This document shows positions 38,705-49,788 of a stretch of 64,000 bases of DNA, one piece after another (the first letter of the stretch is position 1; the number at the start of each line of letters is the position of its first letter). The stretch is from NCBI GenBank assembly GCA_963735035.1, contig CAVTJJ010000003.1, positions 352,001 through 416,000 on the forward strand, read 5' to 3'. The notes below the pieces were generated by a model, which did not search any database, was not told the DNA's origin, and saw nothing but the letters and a program-made list of their open reading frames with translations. The translations under genes and the position numbers were made by a program. This DNA comes from an uncultured candidate division Zixibacteria bacterium (GTDB lineage: Bacteria > Zixibacteria > MSB-5A5 > GN15 > FEB-12).

Positions 38705-39560
38705 CTATTTCCTCACCACCAGCAAAACCCCGCCCAGGATGAGTCCTGATCCGATAACCTCCAGCAGCGTAAGTGATTCCTCGGCCAGAAAGACTCCTAT
38801 GAGAATGGCCACCAGGGGCGTTATGAAAGCGACAAGCGCTACAACAGTCAGTCGCATGTGTCGCAACAGCCAATAGTAGCCCAAGAACGCAATCACGGTA
38901 CCGGCCAGCGCCAAGTATATGATTGACCCAACAGCCGCAGTGGTGACGTGAAAATCCGACCATTTCTCGGTGAGCAGTGCCCCAATCACGAGAAATATGC
39001 CACCAAAGATCATCTGGACGTTCGCGGCAACCACGATGTCCACCTGGCTGAACTTATGTTTGTGAATCACTCCACCATACGCGGCAGCCAGGGCTGCGCC
39101 AACTACGAGAACGGTACCGAAGAATATGTCCGGAGAAGCCTGAAATGAATCGTAAGAGATCAGCACGACTCCGGCAAACCCGATCGCCATGCCAAGCCAC
39201 GCAATTGGACCCAATCTCTCCGTGCGGTATTTCAACCAGGATAAGACGGCGACAAAGAACGGGTACGCGGCGAACAAGACCGCGCATGTAGCCGAATCGA
39301 TGTACTGTTCGCCCAGATACACCAGCGCATAGCTTAGGAAAGTACATGTGGAAGCCGGGGTAGGCCAACGAGATGAGAGACTTGAAGTCGGTGGGATAGC
39401 GGCTCTTTCTGACGAGACCGATCAATGAAAGCACGGCCGTGGCCAGAATAAACCGGAGCGCCGCGGTCGTGAACGGCGGGGCTTCCGACAAACCGACTTT
39501 GATCGCCAGCCAGGTCGAACCCCAGATCAGGCAGAGAATGATGTATACAAAGGTATTCAC
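38705..39560 (-). CDS. EamA/DMT-family transporter, split by a frameshift near 39340
   Basis: CLIWGSTWLAIK, PPFTTAALRF; second half YLALAGTVIAF and ITPLVAILIG. Confidence 0.88.
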
Positions 39561-39731
39561 AGTAAGATCAATTAGATCCGATTAACCCGGCTTGTCAATC
39601 ACCAACCAGACATAGCAGGGCAATCATCGAAAGCTTGCAGAAAAATACGATATCGGATGATAAAATAGTTGAAAGTGTGTTGACGACCTGTACATTCGCC
39701 TTCAACAGGCTAGCAACAGGGAGTTAGTGCC

Positions 39732-40208
39732 TTGAATTACAGTGAAGGAATCATTAGAAACACCGAGTTTTTCACAACCTCGGAACTCGCCGACAAATTG
39801 AAGATGAACGTGCAGGTGATTACCCGCAAGGTTCAGGCCGGCGAAATCAAAGCGTACAAGATCGGCAAGGAATGGCGGATACCGGAGCCGTCGGTTTTCG
39901 AGTGGCTCGAGTCCAACGTCAACAAGCCGGGAACGCATGCGTCACCTAAGAACGGCGCCAATGGCCATGCGCGTCCGGACCATCCTGGCGCGGTAGCGAC
40001 GATGCCCGAGAACCATCGGCATCTGCTCGAATATATCCTCGCCCAGCTCGAACCGAATCGGCTGTACACGGAGAAAGACCTTGATCGGGTTATAGGTCGA
40101 CACGCCGACGATTGCGCCGGCGTGCGACGGGAATTTATCGACCGCAAGATGATGGAACTGATCAACGGCTCGTACCGCCGTCGCAACGGTTACCGTCTGG
40201 CTGACTGA
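39732..40208 (+). CDS. Excisionase/HTH_17-type DNA-binding domain fused to a DUF2087-like domain
   Basis: FFTTSELADKLKM...GEIKAYKIGKEWRI; C-terminal LEPNRLYTEKDLDRVI...DCAGVRREFIDRKMM. Confidence 0.75.
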   Translation: MNYSEGIIRNTEFFTTSELADKLKMNVQVITRKVQAGEIKAYKIGKEWRIPEPSVFEWLESNVNKPGTHASPKNGANGHARPDHPGAVATMPENHRHLLEYILAQLEPNRLYTEKDLDRVIGRHADDCAGVRREFIDRKMMELINGSYRRRNGYRLAD

Positions 40209-40232
40209 CGGTAGCCATTCAGGCTTTCTTTA

Positions 40233-43113
40233 TTAGGATCCCCCCGCGCCCAGAAGTGACTGCAAAAGCGGGTCGCTCATGTTGCGTTCATAACGGGCGT
40301 ACTGCCGTGCGGCCTGGATTACTTCGCCGCGCAAGGTCCGCCTGACCGAGGGCGCTTATCAGTTTCCGGAAGGCCAGGCCACTGTTCATATCGACTGCCC
40401 AACCCTCGCGGAGCAATTTCAAGCCGTCTTCCTTCAGCTTGGCATCATTCTTGAGAATACCCAGTTCGAATTTGGCTGACCCCAGGTCCTGCAGATAGAA
40501 TTGACTGCCGGGATTGGTGGACAGGAAACTGGTCAACGTATCATTAAGCTGCTGATACCAAGCGATGGCTTTCGGTATGTCTTTCCGTATCTGGGCCAGC
40601 TCGGCCAGAGTCTGGTAGGGCTGCCAGAATTCCGGAATGACTTTGGTCAGATGGACCATGATAGCTTCGGCGCGCGTCGTGTCACCGGCTTTGAGAAGTT
40701 CATCGACCAGACGCAGAGTAGAAATCGCCACGCCGCCCATGACACCGCTCGCGTTTTCGTCGCGGAAGATCTTCGAATTCTCCATACCGTCGAACTTGTA
40801 GACGTTCATGAACAGATCGTAGCTGTGTTCTATATCCACCAGCTTGGGATCGGGCTCACGTTCCAGACGATACAACTGGCCGTCAACAACCGCATGGTCG
40901 CGGAGCTTGAGGGGTGATTCGCCGTACGGCGGAGACGAAAAGTAGATCGGATCTTTCCATTTGTTCTCGATCACGATCTCGTCGACCATCATGTCCTGAA
41001 CGGCCACCTGGGAGAACTGCTGGTGCAGATAGGTCATCCGCTTGCGAGGCCGGTCGGCAAACGGCTTATCCGGACGCTGGGTCCATTGTCCCCCCGGCAG
41101 CTGATAAGGCTTCCAGAGGATTTGGTCATCGGTGAGAGAAATCGGCACGCCGTAGAAGTGCTTCATCTGCCAGACATACCAGTCGGTGTTCAACAGCGAC
41201 AGATTGACAACGCGAACATCCTTGCGATAGTTGTACGCTTCCTGCAGACACCAGGTCGGGAAGGTATCGTTGTCGCCGACCGTAAAGAGGATGGCGTTCG
41301 GCGCACAAGTGTCGAGCAGACCTTTCGCATAGTTGATCGGGAAATAAGCCCCGGAGCGGTCGTTGGGATGATAGTTGTAGTTGAGCCCCACGAGCGGCAT
41401 CAGGACCAGCACCGAAGCAACCGAGACACCCAGATGATCACGGCCGGACGGCGCGAGAGACTCGCGAACCATACTTATGATCGCACCTATACCAACCCCG
41501 ATGGCAATGCCGAAAAAGACAAAGGCGGGTGTAAAGAAGTAATCGCGGTTGCGAACTTCCATGTAAGCGTCACCCGTCGAGGCATTGTAGTGTATGCCGT
41601 CGGCGAAGTTCATATAGAGCACCAGGCCAATCGAACCAAGTATGATGAGTGTCAGAAACGGCAGACCGACCTCCACCCGTTTTCGGATGGCGACTACCGC
41701 GCCCAGCATCCCCAGGACAAAGAACGGCGCGAAGGCCCAGCCGGCGGGGCTATATTGCTGCTCGAAATAGGACCAGAAACCCATGTTGGCGTGGCGACCG
41801 AACTGATTCGACCAGTCGCCGCGGCGCTCGAACATGCGGTCCACCATCGACATCTGCCCGTATTGTTTGCGGTCCAGGAAACTTACAAACTGATTCCAGT
41901 CCCTGGCCGGGTGATTCTCGTCGATGCGTGGATTCAGGCTGGACCGAATCGGCACGTAGTAGTGCACCGAGAAACCGATAAACCCAACAACCAGAATCGT
42001 TACCGCCAGAACCCATTGAGCATCCCGGGATTTCTTCAATGTTAGATATGAAAGTACGGCCATGATGCACATACCTATCGGCAGAGCCCAGTAGTACAAA
42101 TCTTCGTAGAACAGGTACACGGCTCCAATCGAAAGACTGATTACAGCCACGGCCACGATTAAGCCCGATGGCAGCAACTCTCCGGCTGAGCGACGGGCCA
42201 GGTAGGCCAAAACTAGGATCGACAGCACCGCTAGCGGCAGTACCAGAAAATAGAGATTGTAACTTATCATCAGCGAACTGGTAGCGGCAATCGCCAGAAG
42301 AACTCCCCAGCGAATTTTACTGTAAAGCATGACCACAATAATCAAGCCGAGAATCACCGAAACCAGCTTGAACACTTCCGGGCCACCGCGTCCGTTGGCA
42401 AACACGATAATCAACAGAAGTTCGATCAAAGCAAAGAGGCAGATCAGAGCGTAGTCTTTCGGCTCGGCTTCGTGGTTCAGGATGAAGAAAATGGCGCAGA
42501 CCGGAATCACCAGGAAGACCGTCAAGTGAAGTCCAATACCAAGCAGCGCCAAATAGAGCGCGAGAATCATTATCCTGGTGGCGCCCGGTTCGGTGCGGCG
42601 CTCATGATAGCGCAGAGTTAGCCAGAATATGGAGGTACAGAGGGCCATGGCTCCGGCGAAAGTCTCGGTTTCAACCGAATTCCCCCAGTTGGTCGATGAA
42701 AACGCGACCATGAACCCGCCGGCAATGCCACCAACATAGGCGGCGACCCGGCTTAGAAATTCGTAACGGCTCTCCCCTTGCACCATTTGAATCAGACGGA
42801 CGGCGATCAAATAGCTGAATAGCGCTGTCAGCGACGACGAAACTACCGAAACGTAATTGATGCGGTAGGACACGTCTTCGACAAACGGGATAGCCATGAA
42901 GAAGCGACTAATCAATTCGAGGAGCGGGTAGCCGGGCGGATGAGAGATGCCCCCGACCGCGCAGGCGGCGATAAACTCACCGCAGTCCCAGAACGAAAAA
43001 GTCCTCTGGACTGTCATGGCGTAGACTATGAAAGCCCCAAGAAACACCAATCCGCCGAAATAGGCGTTTACTCGATCGAATCCCTGCGGCTTGTCCGCGT
43101 TCATACCAATCAA
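40233..43113 (-). CDS. DUF2723/TMEM260-like GT-C membrane glycosyltransferase; probable frameshift near 40334 extends the C-terminus to 40233
   Basis: FWDCGEF, HPPGYPL, RNRDYFF, GDNDTFP and VRVVNLSLLNT; the alternate frame gives LRGEVIQAARQYARYERNMSDPLLQSLLGAGGS*. Confidence 0.85.
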
Positions 43114-43271
43114 AATGTCCTCCTAAAACCAGTCGCCGTAATAGCCGACAATAGCATAGGATAACAGCTTTACCGGCTAGAGTTCAAGCTCAAAGCTGTT
43201 TTCCCAAAAACAGTCGCTACGGATTGTACCGGGCCTTTACGATCCGGATTAATCAAACCCGGAGGTAGAAG

Positions 43272-43520
43272 ATGTTGATCTGGTCGGCTTTATTGTTCTT
43301 TCTCGGAGTAATGGCGTTTCTGGACTCGGTTTTCAACATGGGCGAAATTTTCCGCCAGGCGAACTCGGTCGTATTTCTGCTAGTTTCTTTGGCGCTTCTG
43401 ATCCGTACCAGCACCAAGAAGCGGGAGCAAAGGGCCGAAAGACTCCAGGGCAAGGTATTCAACCTGGAACGCGAAGTCTCCCAGTTGAAAGAAGAGCAGA
43501 AGAAACTGGTCGAGTTCTAG
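43272..43520 (+). CDS. Small membrane protein (2 TM plus coiled coil)
   Basis: GGAGG SD, two hydrophobic segments and a heptad-like tail. Confidence 0.7.
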   Translation: MLIWSALLFFLGVMAFLDSVFNMGEIFRQANSVVFLLVSLALLIRTSTKKREQRAERLQGKVFNLEREVSQLKEEQKKLVEF

Positions 43521-45373
43521 CTGGCCGGCACAAGGGAATCGAGATCCCGAAGCTTGCCACGGACTTCCCGAACAAACGGATATTCTGAATACTTCTCAAG
43601 CAGGATCCGGTAGAGATCGGCAGCCTGCTTCAGATCGTGGCCGGATCGCGCCAAAACATCGGCTTTCAACTTAATACCCAGGGGTCGGTAGTAGGAATCG
43701 GGATATTCCTTATCCAGCCGGTCGATAAATACGATGGCCGCGGCTGAATCTGCCCGGTTGAGCTCAAGTTTGGTCAGGTCATAGAGCGCCAGGTCACCCA
43801 TTACCGGTGGCTGGCCGTCTGCGAGAGCGAGAAGACAAATTCGGGCCGAGTCCAAGGCCCCCCGGAAAGTGGCAAAACATGAACTCGAATACTCATCGAG
43901 AGTCGGGCGGGCGTCTTTGGCGTCGCCGATAGCCAAGACCAGATTAAGGGCGTCATTGACAAAGAAACCCTTGGGGTAGTCAACCATCAGCTTGCGAAAG
44001 ATGATTTCGGCTGTGTCGTACTTCTTGTCAAAAAACTCCACCAGACCGGACATATAAGCGATCTCTTCCCGAAGATCGTCCGGCAACCGGCCTTTTGAGA
44101 GTTCAGCCAGCGACGCGCGGGCCTCCAAGATATGACCCAGACGAAGGTGACAGACAGGGATCGATTTCCGGGACATAAAATACTGCTGACCCCGGGGATA
44201 GTACTGGACGACTGAATCGAAGTAGATCAGCGCCGAGGCATAATCGTGAAGATACTCCGAAGAAAGCACCCCCAGACCGTAGATGGCGTTGCCCCGAACC
44301 TGGGCGTTCTGCGATTGATCCGCCAGCCCGCGGTATACTTCGGCCGCCTCCTGTGGGCGCTGCAGCTCAGCTAGAGCCCTGGCTTTCTGTAGGGAAGCAT
44401 CGGCTGAGAACGCCGCCTCCGGATGCTGTTGCAGAATTATGTCAGTCACTCGGACAACCTGATCCCAGAGATGTCGCTCCTGGCAACTTCGGGCGAACGA
44501 GGCCAGCGGTAGACCGGAACGGCCTTCAAGCGAATCCTGCCTCAGACAATAGGCAAACGCCTGGCTGTAATCTCCGGTCTTCATGTAGTGATCCGACAAT
44601 ATCCCCATAATGCCAATGTTCGACGTGCTGTCGGCCGCGGCTTTGAGAATCTGTTCGGCCTGTGAAGATGACCCCTCGAAATCCAGCAGAGCCAGGAGAC
44701 GTGACTCGGCCTGTGGGGCACCGAGGCTGCTATCGATCAGGAGCGGGCGAAGATACTCCCGGACCGCCTCGGGATACTGCTGATGCTTTTCGTAAATGCT
44801 GCCGCGTTCGGCGGCAAAAAGGACGGGATCGCCCAGTCGGGTTCTGGCTTGATCGATACGGGCCAGAGCGACACTGTCGAGATCACAATTGACCAGACTG
44901 TGGACGAGATTGCGCAGGTACCCGATTGCCTCGATCTTGCCTGCTCGGTCGAAGGCTGCGGATGCGGTATCATACTCGGCAAGAGCTTCGGGTACTCGGG
45001 TCATTCTGACTAACAACTCCGCCAGATAGAGTCGCAGGTTAGAATCACCGGGATGGCTTTCGAGCATTCGCCGAGCCAGGATCTCCGCTTTCGAATACTG
45101 CTTGGACTGGTCGTAACAAGCTCGAAGTAGATTCTGGATTTGGTCGTTGTCCGGGCTGTTCTGGTAGAGAGTTTCGAGTATGTCCGCCGCCTCTTGATAG
45201 CGTTGGCTGGAAATCAACCTTCGGGCCAGTTGAAGCTTTTCCCCTTCGGAGGGACCGAATCCGACAACCTTCTTGCCTTCAAAGGGCGACTGCCCCTCCT
45301 GGGCAAGTACCTGCCCGGCTCCAGCAAGAATCATCAGGATGAGGAGAAGCAGACCCCTGCGAACCGACTTCAC
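43517..45373 (-). CDS. Exported tetratricopeptide-repeat protein
   Basis: Signal peptide and many TPR-like helix pairs with YP turns. Confidence 0.85.
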   Translation of the reverse strand: MKSVRRGLLLLILMILAGAGQVLAQEGQSPFEGKKVVGFGPSEGEKLQLARRLISSQRYQEAADILETLYQNSPDNDQIQNLLRACYDQSKQYSKAEILARRMLESHPGDSNLRLYLAELLVRMTRVPEALAEYDTASAAFDRAGKIEAIGYLRNLVHSLVNCDLDSVALARIDQARTRLGDPVLFAAERGSIYEKHQQYPEAVREYLRPLLIDSSLGAPQAESRLLALLDFEGSSSQAEQILKAAADSTSNIGIMGILSDHYMKTGDYSQAFAYCLRQDSLEGRSGLPLASFARSCQERHLWDQVVRVTDIILQQHPEAAFSADASLQKARALAELQRPQEAAEVYRGLADQSQNAQVRGNAIYGLGVLSSEYLHDYASALIYFDSVVQYYPRGQQYFMSRKSIPVCHLRLGHILEARASLAELSKGRLPDDLREEIAYMSGLVEFFDKKYDTAEIIFRKLMVDYPKGFFVNDALNLVLAIGDAKDARPTLDEYSSSCFATFRGALDSARICLLALADGQPPVMGDLALYDLTKLELNRADSAAAIVFIDRLDKEYPDSYYRPLGIKLKADVLARSGHDLKQAADLYRILLEKYSEYPFVREVRGKLRDLDSLVPAS

Positions 45374-48300
45374 TGACCTACCTCATTTCCAGATGGTTGC
45401 CGGCGCTGATCCGCTTCGGCCTTCAAGAGAGCTCTGAAATAAGCTTTGATCTGCTCTTCGTATTGCGGCGGGTAGTTTTCTCCGAGGAATCGCTGCAGAC
45501 GGTCCTCGATTTCCAGACGGTCGTCCAAAAGTCCGGCCGGGAGATCACGCGGCACGAGTACCGGCTGCTGGGTGGCCGTGGTGGCCTGGCGCTGTTCGGT
45601 GAAGTCCTTGCGTTGAAGCGACCGGGTCGCCTCGAGCATCCGCGAGAATATCTTCAGTTGTCGCTCGGTTGTCTGAGGTCCGGCGGTGCCGTTCTGGAGT
45701 TCCTCTTCGACATCTTTCATTTCCTTGGCGATGTCGTCCAATCGACCCAGTATCTGGCGGGAACCACCGAATTCCTGGTCGAGCTGCTGCATCGATTTGC
45801 GGATAGAGCCTTGCTCGGCCGCCAGACGCTGCATCCCGCGACGTAGCTCTTCGCCCTGCGGGCTTTGGCTGGGGGTTCCACCCTGACCGGGGTTATTGCA
45901 CATGCCCTGAGACGTCTGGTTCAGTTGGTTTTGCTTATTGCAGAGTGACTCCATCTTGGCCATACCCTTGTCGCATTTGGAGCCGTTTTCACACTGATTC
46001 AACTGGTCCATCGACTCCATCAGCCGGGTGGCGGCCCGGTTCAATGTGGCCATTGCTTCGGTCTGATACTGCACTCCCTCGGCCGCCCGCTTATCAGACA
46101 ATGCCGAGGTTGCCATATCCATGTTCTGGATGGCGTTACCGACGAGGCTCTGGATTTCGGCCGCCACAAACGGAGAAAGTTTGCCAAGCTCCGCTACCGT
46201 ACGGTTTAGTCCAGCGCTCGCTTGGGCCAGGTCTTTCTCGGCCGGGGCCAGGTCACGCAGGGTCATTGCACCGGGAGCAATCTCCTGAGCCTTGCGGATT
46301 TCCGCTTCCTGATCTTCGGAAAGATTAGAGGCATGATCAATCGCCAGCCTCATCCGCTTCTTGATCTCTTCGCTATCGTTCTGATTCATGGCCATCTGAG
46401 CCTGACGCATCTGATCGAGCATCTTGGCCAGTTTGGAGCTCGACTGTTTGCCCGATGAACTAGCCCTGGGCTTATCCTGATTTTGAAGCGACTGTGACAT
46501 CTCAGCCATGTTCTGGTCGGCGTCGGTCTTCTCCACCGCGTCGGCGAATTTCTGCGCATCGGTGGACTGCTCCAACTGAGCATCCTTCATCATCTCGCGA
46601 AGCTTGTCTGTCTCGGTCTTCAGACTCTTGAGGGCGTCCTCGTTCTCTTTCTCGGACTTGCTGAGATCAGCCAAGGACTCCTTGGAGGTCGAGTCGGTCT
46701 TCTCGTTGACCTTGTCCTGCTTGCGGAGAAGTTCTTCGGCCTGCCGCACCATGGCCTCCATCTTGGCCTGAACCTGCATCTTCTTGAGCAAGGCGAGGGT
46801 TCGTTCCAGGCGCTGGAGCAGCTCGTCCTGCGAAAGCTCGAAATCCTTCATAGCCTGCTGAAGCTGCTGCTGATCCATATCCTTGAGCATCTCCATCATC
46901 TTTTTCTGAGCTTCCTTCATCTCGGGAGTAGCCACTTCCTCGAACAGCTTCTGGATTTCGCGAAGTTTCTCGACGATCTCGCGCGACATGAGGGAGTTGT
47001 CTTCCATCTTGTCGAGCGATTTATCCATCTGGTCGGCCAGCTTCTGGACCTGGTCGGTCATATCGAGATTCTGCTGCGCGATCTGCTCCAACTCTTTCTG
47101 CTGCTGCCAGTCGGCCGTCTGGTTGGTATTGGTCTGCGATTCCAATTTGCGGGCAGCTTCCTTGAGTCGCCGCGAAAGATCTTTGCCGGACTTGATCAGG
47201 TTTTCGACGTTTTCAACCCGCTTGATCGACTCCTGTTCAGTCTGGGCGACAATTTCTTCAAGTGAAGGAAGCCGGGCGATGTAATGGCGGGAGCGGCCGA
47301 TTTTCGGACCCGAAATGTTGTCGTTGTCGGCTACTTCGAAATAGTAATTCACATAGTCGCCGGGAAAGAGCGCCAGCGCGTCCAGGGCCCAATTGAAATC
47401 GATATCTCCCTCGGTCTTGATCTTGTCGGAGAAATGCAGGACCGCGACATTTTCATCCGACGCCTTCCCGCCGCTGACCTGGACGTATTTCATCACCAGG
47501 GACGTAAATCCGTAGTCGTCGAAGATTCTGACCTTGAGAGGCAGCACCATGTCATCGTTCAGATTGACATCGAACCCCGGCTGGATAACGTCAACCGTGG
47601 GATATTGGTCCGGGACAGCGGTTACATAGTACTCGATCGGGTCGGGGTTCTTCTCCCCCAGATGGTCGAGCAGTTCGATATGGAAACCTATCGACTTGTC
47701 GACCTTGAGCGAGGTCTCGGCAGTCCTTTGATCGACTGTCATCGCCTGACGGCTGGAATCATCGTAAACCATCTCGGCCGACGAGACCGGGAGGTTGGTT
47801 TCAATCTTCATGTTCACACGGCTGCCAACCACAGCCGAGAACGAGCCGTTGTTCTCGTTGATTGTGACCGGCGGCAGTCCGGTATAGCTCGGATAGAAGA
47901 TCGACAGGCTCAGGCCGGTGATGCGGGGTCGGTCGACCACGTCGACATGGTATACTTCGCTCCTGAGATCACCGGCTTCGACATAGTAATCGAACGAACG
48001 GTCGGCCTGGCGGAAAGTCGTGCCAAAAATAACCGAGTCGCCGGTTGCTGTGACTGTGCGGGGCAAAGTGGTCACATCATATTCGGTCTTCTGCCAGCTT
48101 CCGCCGGCCAGACGATGATGCAGGCTGGCCTTGCCAGGGAAACGTTCACCGAGCAGCACGCCGCTGACCGTGATGTCACGGTATTTCACCCATTCGGTTG
48201 AACCGGGGACCGCTTTCAAGAGATAACCGACCGGAGGCGCCACGCGGGTAGTCGGGTTGGAATAGACCTCGAACGCGTACCCAAAGAAACCCGGCGCAAC

Positions 48301-48804
48301 AACTAGTAGCAGTACCGCCACCAGACCGGCGATGACGAAATCGCGCCCAGCCCGAAGCAGCGGGTGAAGGGTCACCACCCGGCCAAAATCGATTTGGTCG
48401 GTTTCTCCAAGCACCTGAGCTTCGACCGCCTTTACCAGATCTGGGGAGTATCCTTCGGGCAATTTCATCCGGGAAAACTGGACGGCAGCAATCAGGCGAC
48501 CTTTGAGTCCGGGATGGGCGGCCTCCAAAGCGAGCGCGGTCGAATCGATATTGCCATAGAAGAGCCGACGGATAGCCTTGCGGTAGAGCAGCCAGGCAGT
48601 GGCCAGCCCGGATATCGATAAGAAGCTGATTTTTAGCCAAACCGGCAAGACCCAGACCTGGGCGATGACCGCAAGTATCAGGGCCACACCAACAAGCACC
48701 GCCGCGACCGCCATCAGACCGGCGGCAAAGAACACCAGCCGCTGGCGCAATAGCTCCGACTTGAGCTTCCTGATCAGATCGTTGGTTGACTGTATGCGTG
48801 TCAT
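45370..48804 (-). CDS. DUF4175-family membrane-anchored coiled-coil protein
   Basis: Three N-terminal TMs, YPSYTGLP, DDYG, EVADNDNISGPK, Gln/Met-rich coiled coils and PPQYEEQIKAYFRAL. Confidence 0.8.
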   Translation of the reverse strand: MTRIQSTNDLIRKLKSELLRQRLVFFAAGLMAVAAVLVGVALILAVIAQVWVLPVWLKISFLSISGLATAWLLYRKAIRRLFYGNIDSTALALEAAHPGLKGRLIAAVQFSRMKLPEGYSPDLVKAVEAQVLGETDQIDFGRVVTLHPLLRAGRDFVIAGLVAVLLLVVAPGFFGYAFEVYSNPTTRVAPPVGYLLKAVPGSTEWVKYRDITVSGVLLGERFPGKASLHHRLAGGSWQKTEYDVTTLPRTVTATGDSVIFGTTFRQADRSFDYYVEAGDLRSEVYHVDVVDRPRITGLSLSIFYPSYTGLPPVTINENNGSFSAVVGSRVNMKIETNLPVSSAEMVYDDSSRQAMTVDQRTAETSLKVDKSIGFHIELLDHLGEKNPDPIEYYVTAVPDQYPTVDVIQPGFDVNLNDDMVLPLKVRIFDDYGFTSLVMKYVQVSGGKASDENVAVLHFSDKIKTEGDIDFNWALDALALFPGDYVNYYFEVADNDNISGPKIGRSRHYIARLPSLEEIVAQTEQESIKRVENVENLIKSGKDLSRRLKEAARKLESQTNTNQTADWQQQKELEQIAQQNLDMTDQVQKLADQMDKSLDKMEDNSLMSREIVEKLREIQKLFEEVATPEMKEAQKKMMEMLKDMDQQQLQQAMKDFELSQDELLQRLERTLALLKKMQVQAKMEAMVRQAEELLRKQDKVNEKTDSTSKESLADLSKSEKENEDALKSLKTETDKLREMMKDAQLEQSTDAQKFADAVEKTDADQNMAEMSQSLQNQDKPRASSSGKQSSSKLAKMLDQMRQAQMAMNQNDSEEIKKRMRLAIDHASNLSEDQEAEIRKAQEIAPGAMTLRDLAPAEKDLAQASAGLNRTVAELGKLSPFVAAEIQSLVGNAIQNMDMATSALSDKRAAEGVQYQTEAMATLNRAATRLMESMDQLNQCENGSKCDKGMAKMESLCNKQNQLNQTSQGMCNNPGQGGTPSQSPQGEELRRGMQRLAAEQGSIRKSMQQLDQEFGGSRQILGRLDDIAKEMKDVEEELQNGTAGPQTTERQLKIFSRMLEATRSLQRKDFTEQRQATTATQQPVLVPRDLPAGLLDDRLEIEDRLQRFLGENYPPQYEEQIKAYFRALLKAEADQRRQPSGNEVGQ

Positions 48805-48926
48805 GGTGTCGCTCCGGCTTCTAATGAGCGCGTTTGCTACAAGTATCGGCGGACAGGCCGCCTTTGAATCGTGCCGTCTGTATCTAAGACGCGGCCACGA
48901 CCGGGCCCGTTGGGCCTTTCAGCAAG

Positions 48927-49661
48927 CTAATACAACAAAGCGTAAGTCAGCAGGTTCAGCCCCATCTCGAACGCCTGCTGCCGTTTCTCCGGCGGGTCGT
49001 TGTGCACCTGCGGGTCTTCCCATCCGTCCCCGATATCCGATTCCACCAGGAAGTACATCACCACTCGGCCATTTATGATAATCGCGTACCCGCGCGGCGG
49101 GAGCCCGTCATGCTCGTGTATTTTCGGCGGTCCGTTCGGGAAATCGTAGAAACAATGGTATATCGGATGGGTAAACGGCACTTCGACTATTTCCCGCTCT
49201 GGGAAGAGGCTGGCCATCTCTTTTCGGAAAGTCTGATCGACGCCGTAGGAATCGTTGACGAACAAAAATCCGCCCGCCACGAGATATTGTCTGAGTCGTT
49301 CGCGTTCTTCGGGGGTGAAGCTTATGACTCCGTGCCCGGTGGCAAACAGAAAGGGGTATTGGTATAGTTCGGGGTCGGTAATCCGGACCTGGCGTTCGAT
49401 CGTATCCACCGGCATGTCAGTATTGTCGCGGATGTAATCAAGAAAGTTCGGGATTGAGGAACTCCCCCAGTACCAGTCGCCGCCGCCGGAGTAATGCAGC
49501 CGGGCGACTTTGATAGCTGACGGATGAGGATTATAGCGACCGATGGCGTAGTCGCGGACCGCGGCGGTATCGACAGTCGGGAACGGTGCCTGAGCGGACA
49601 CCGGTACAACCAGGCCGATCAGACAAAGTCCAGCGCCGAGAATGGTAAGTCGCGATGCCAT
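48927..49661 (-). CDS. DUF4159 domain protein
   Basis: ARLHYSGGGDWY, YPFLFATGHG, GGFL, HPIYH, PKIHEHDG, DIGDGWE and MGLN. Confidence 0.88.
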   Translation of the reverse strand: MASRLTILGAGLCLIGLVVPVSAQAPFPTVDTAAVRDYAIGRYNPHPSAIKVARLHYSGGGDWYWGSSSIPNFLDYIRDNTDMPVDTIERQVRITDPELYQYPFLFATGHGVISFTPEERERLRQYLVAGGFLFVNDSYGVDQTFRKEMASLFPEREIVEVPFTHPIYHCFYDFPNGPPKIHEHDGLPPRGYAIIINGRVVMYFLVESDIGDGWEDPQVHNDPPEKRQQAFEMGLNLLTYALLY

Positions 49662-49788
49662 AATCTAATATACAACTGAAAGGGGGTTGGGGGTTCGCTT
49701 TTTCGCGGGCAGGACTTCGCGACCGATGGCCTTAGATAGCAGAACTTCTAAGGGGTTCGCGCTGCAACAACTTCCCTCGAACACTGTC

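Noticed and set aside
39732..40208. Prophage or ICE excisionase
   Set aside because: No integrase, att site or phage genes nearby, and the flanking genes look like housekeeping genes.
48843..48868. sigma28-like GCCGATAC upstream of the DUF4175 gene
   Set aside because: The -35 element and spacing fit poorly; too weak to call.
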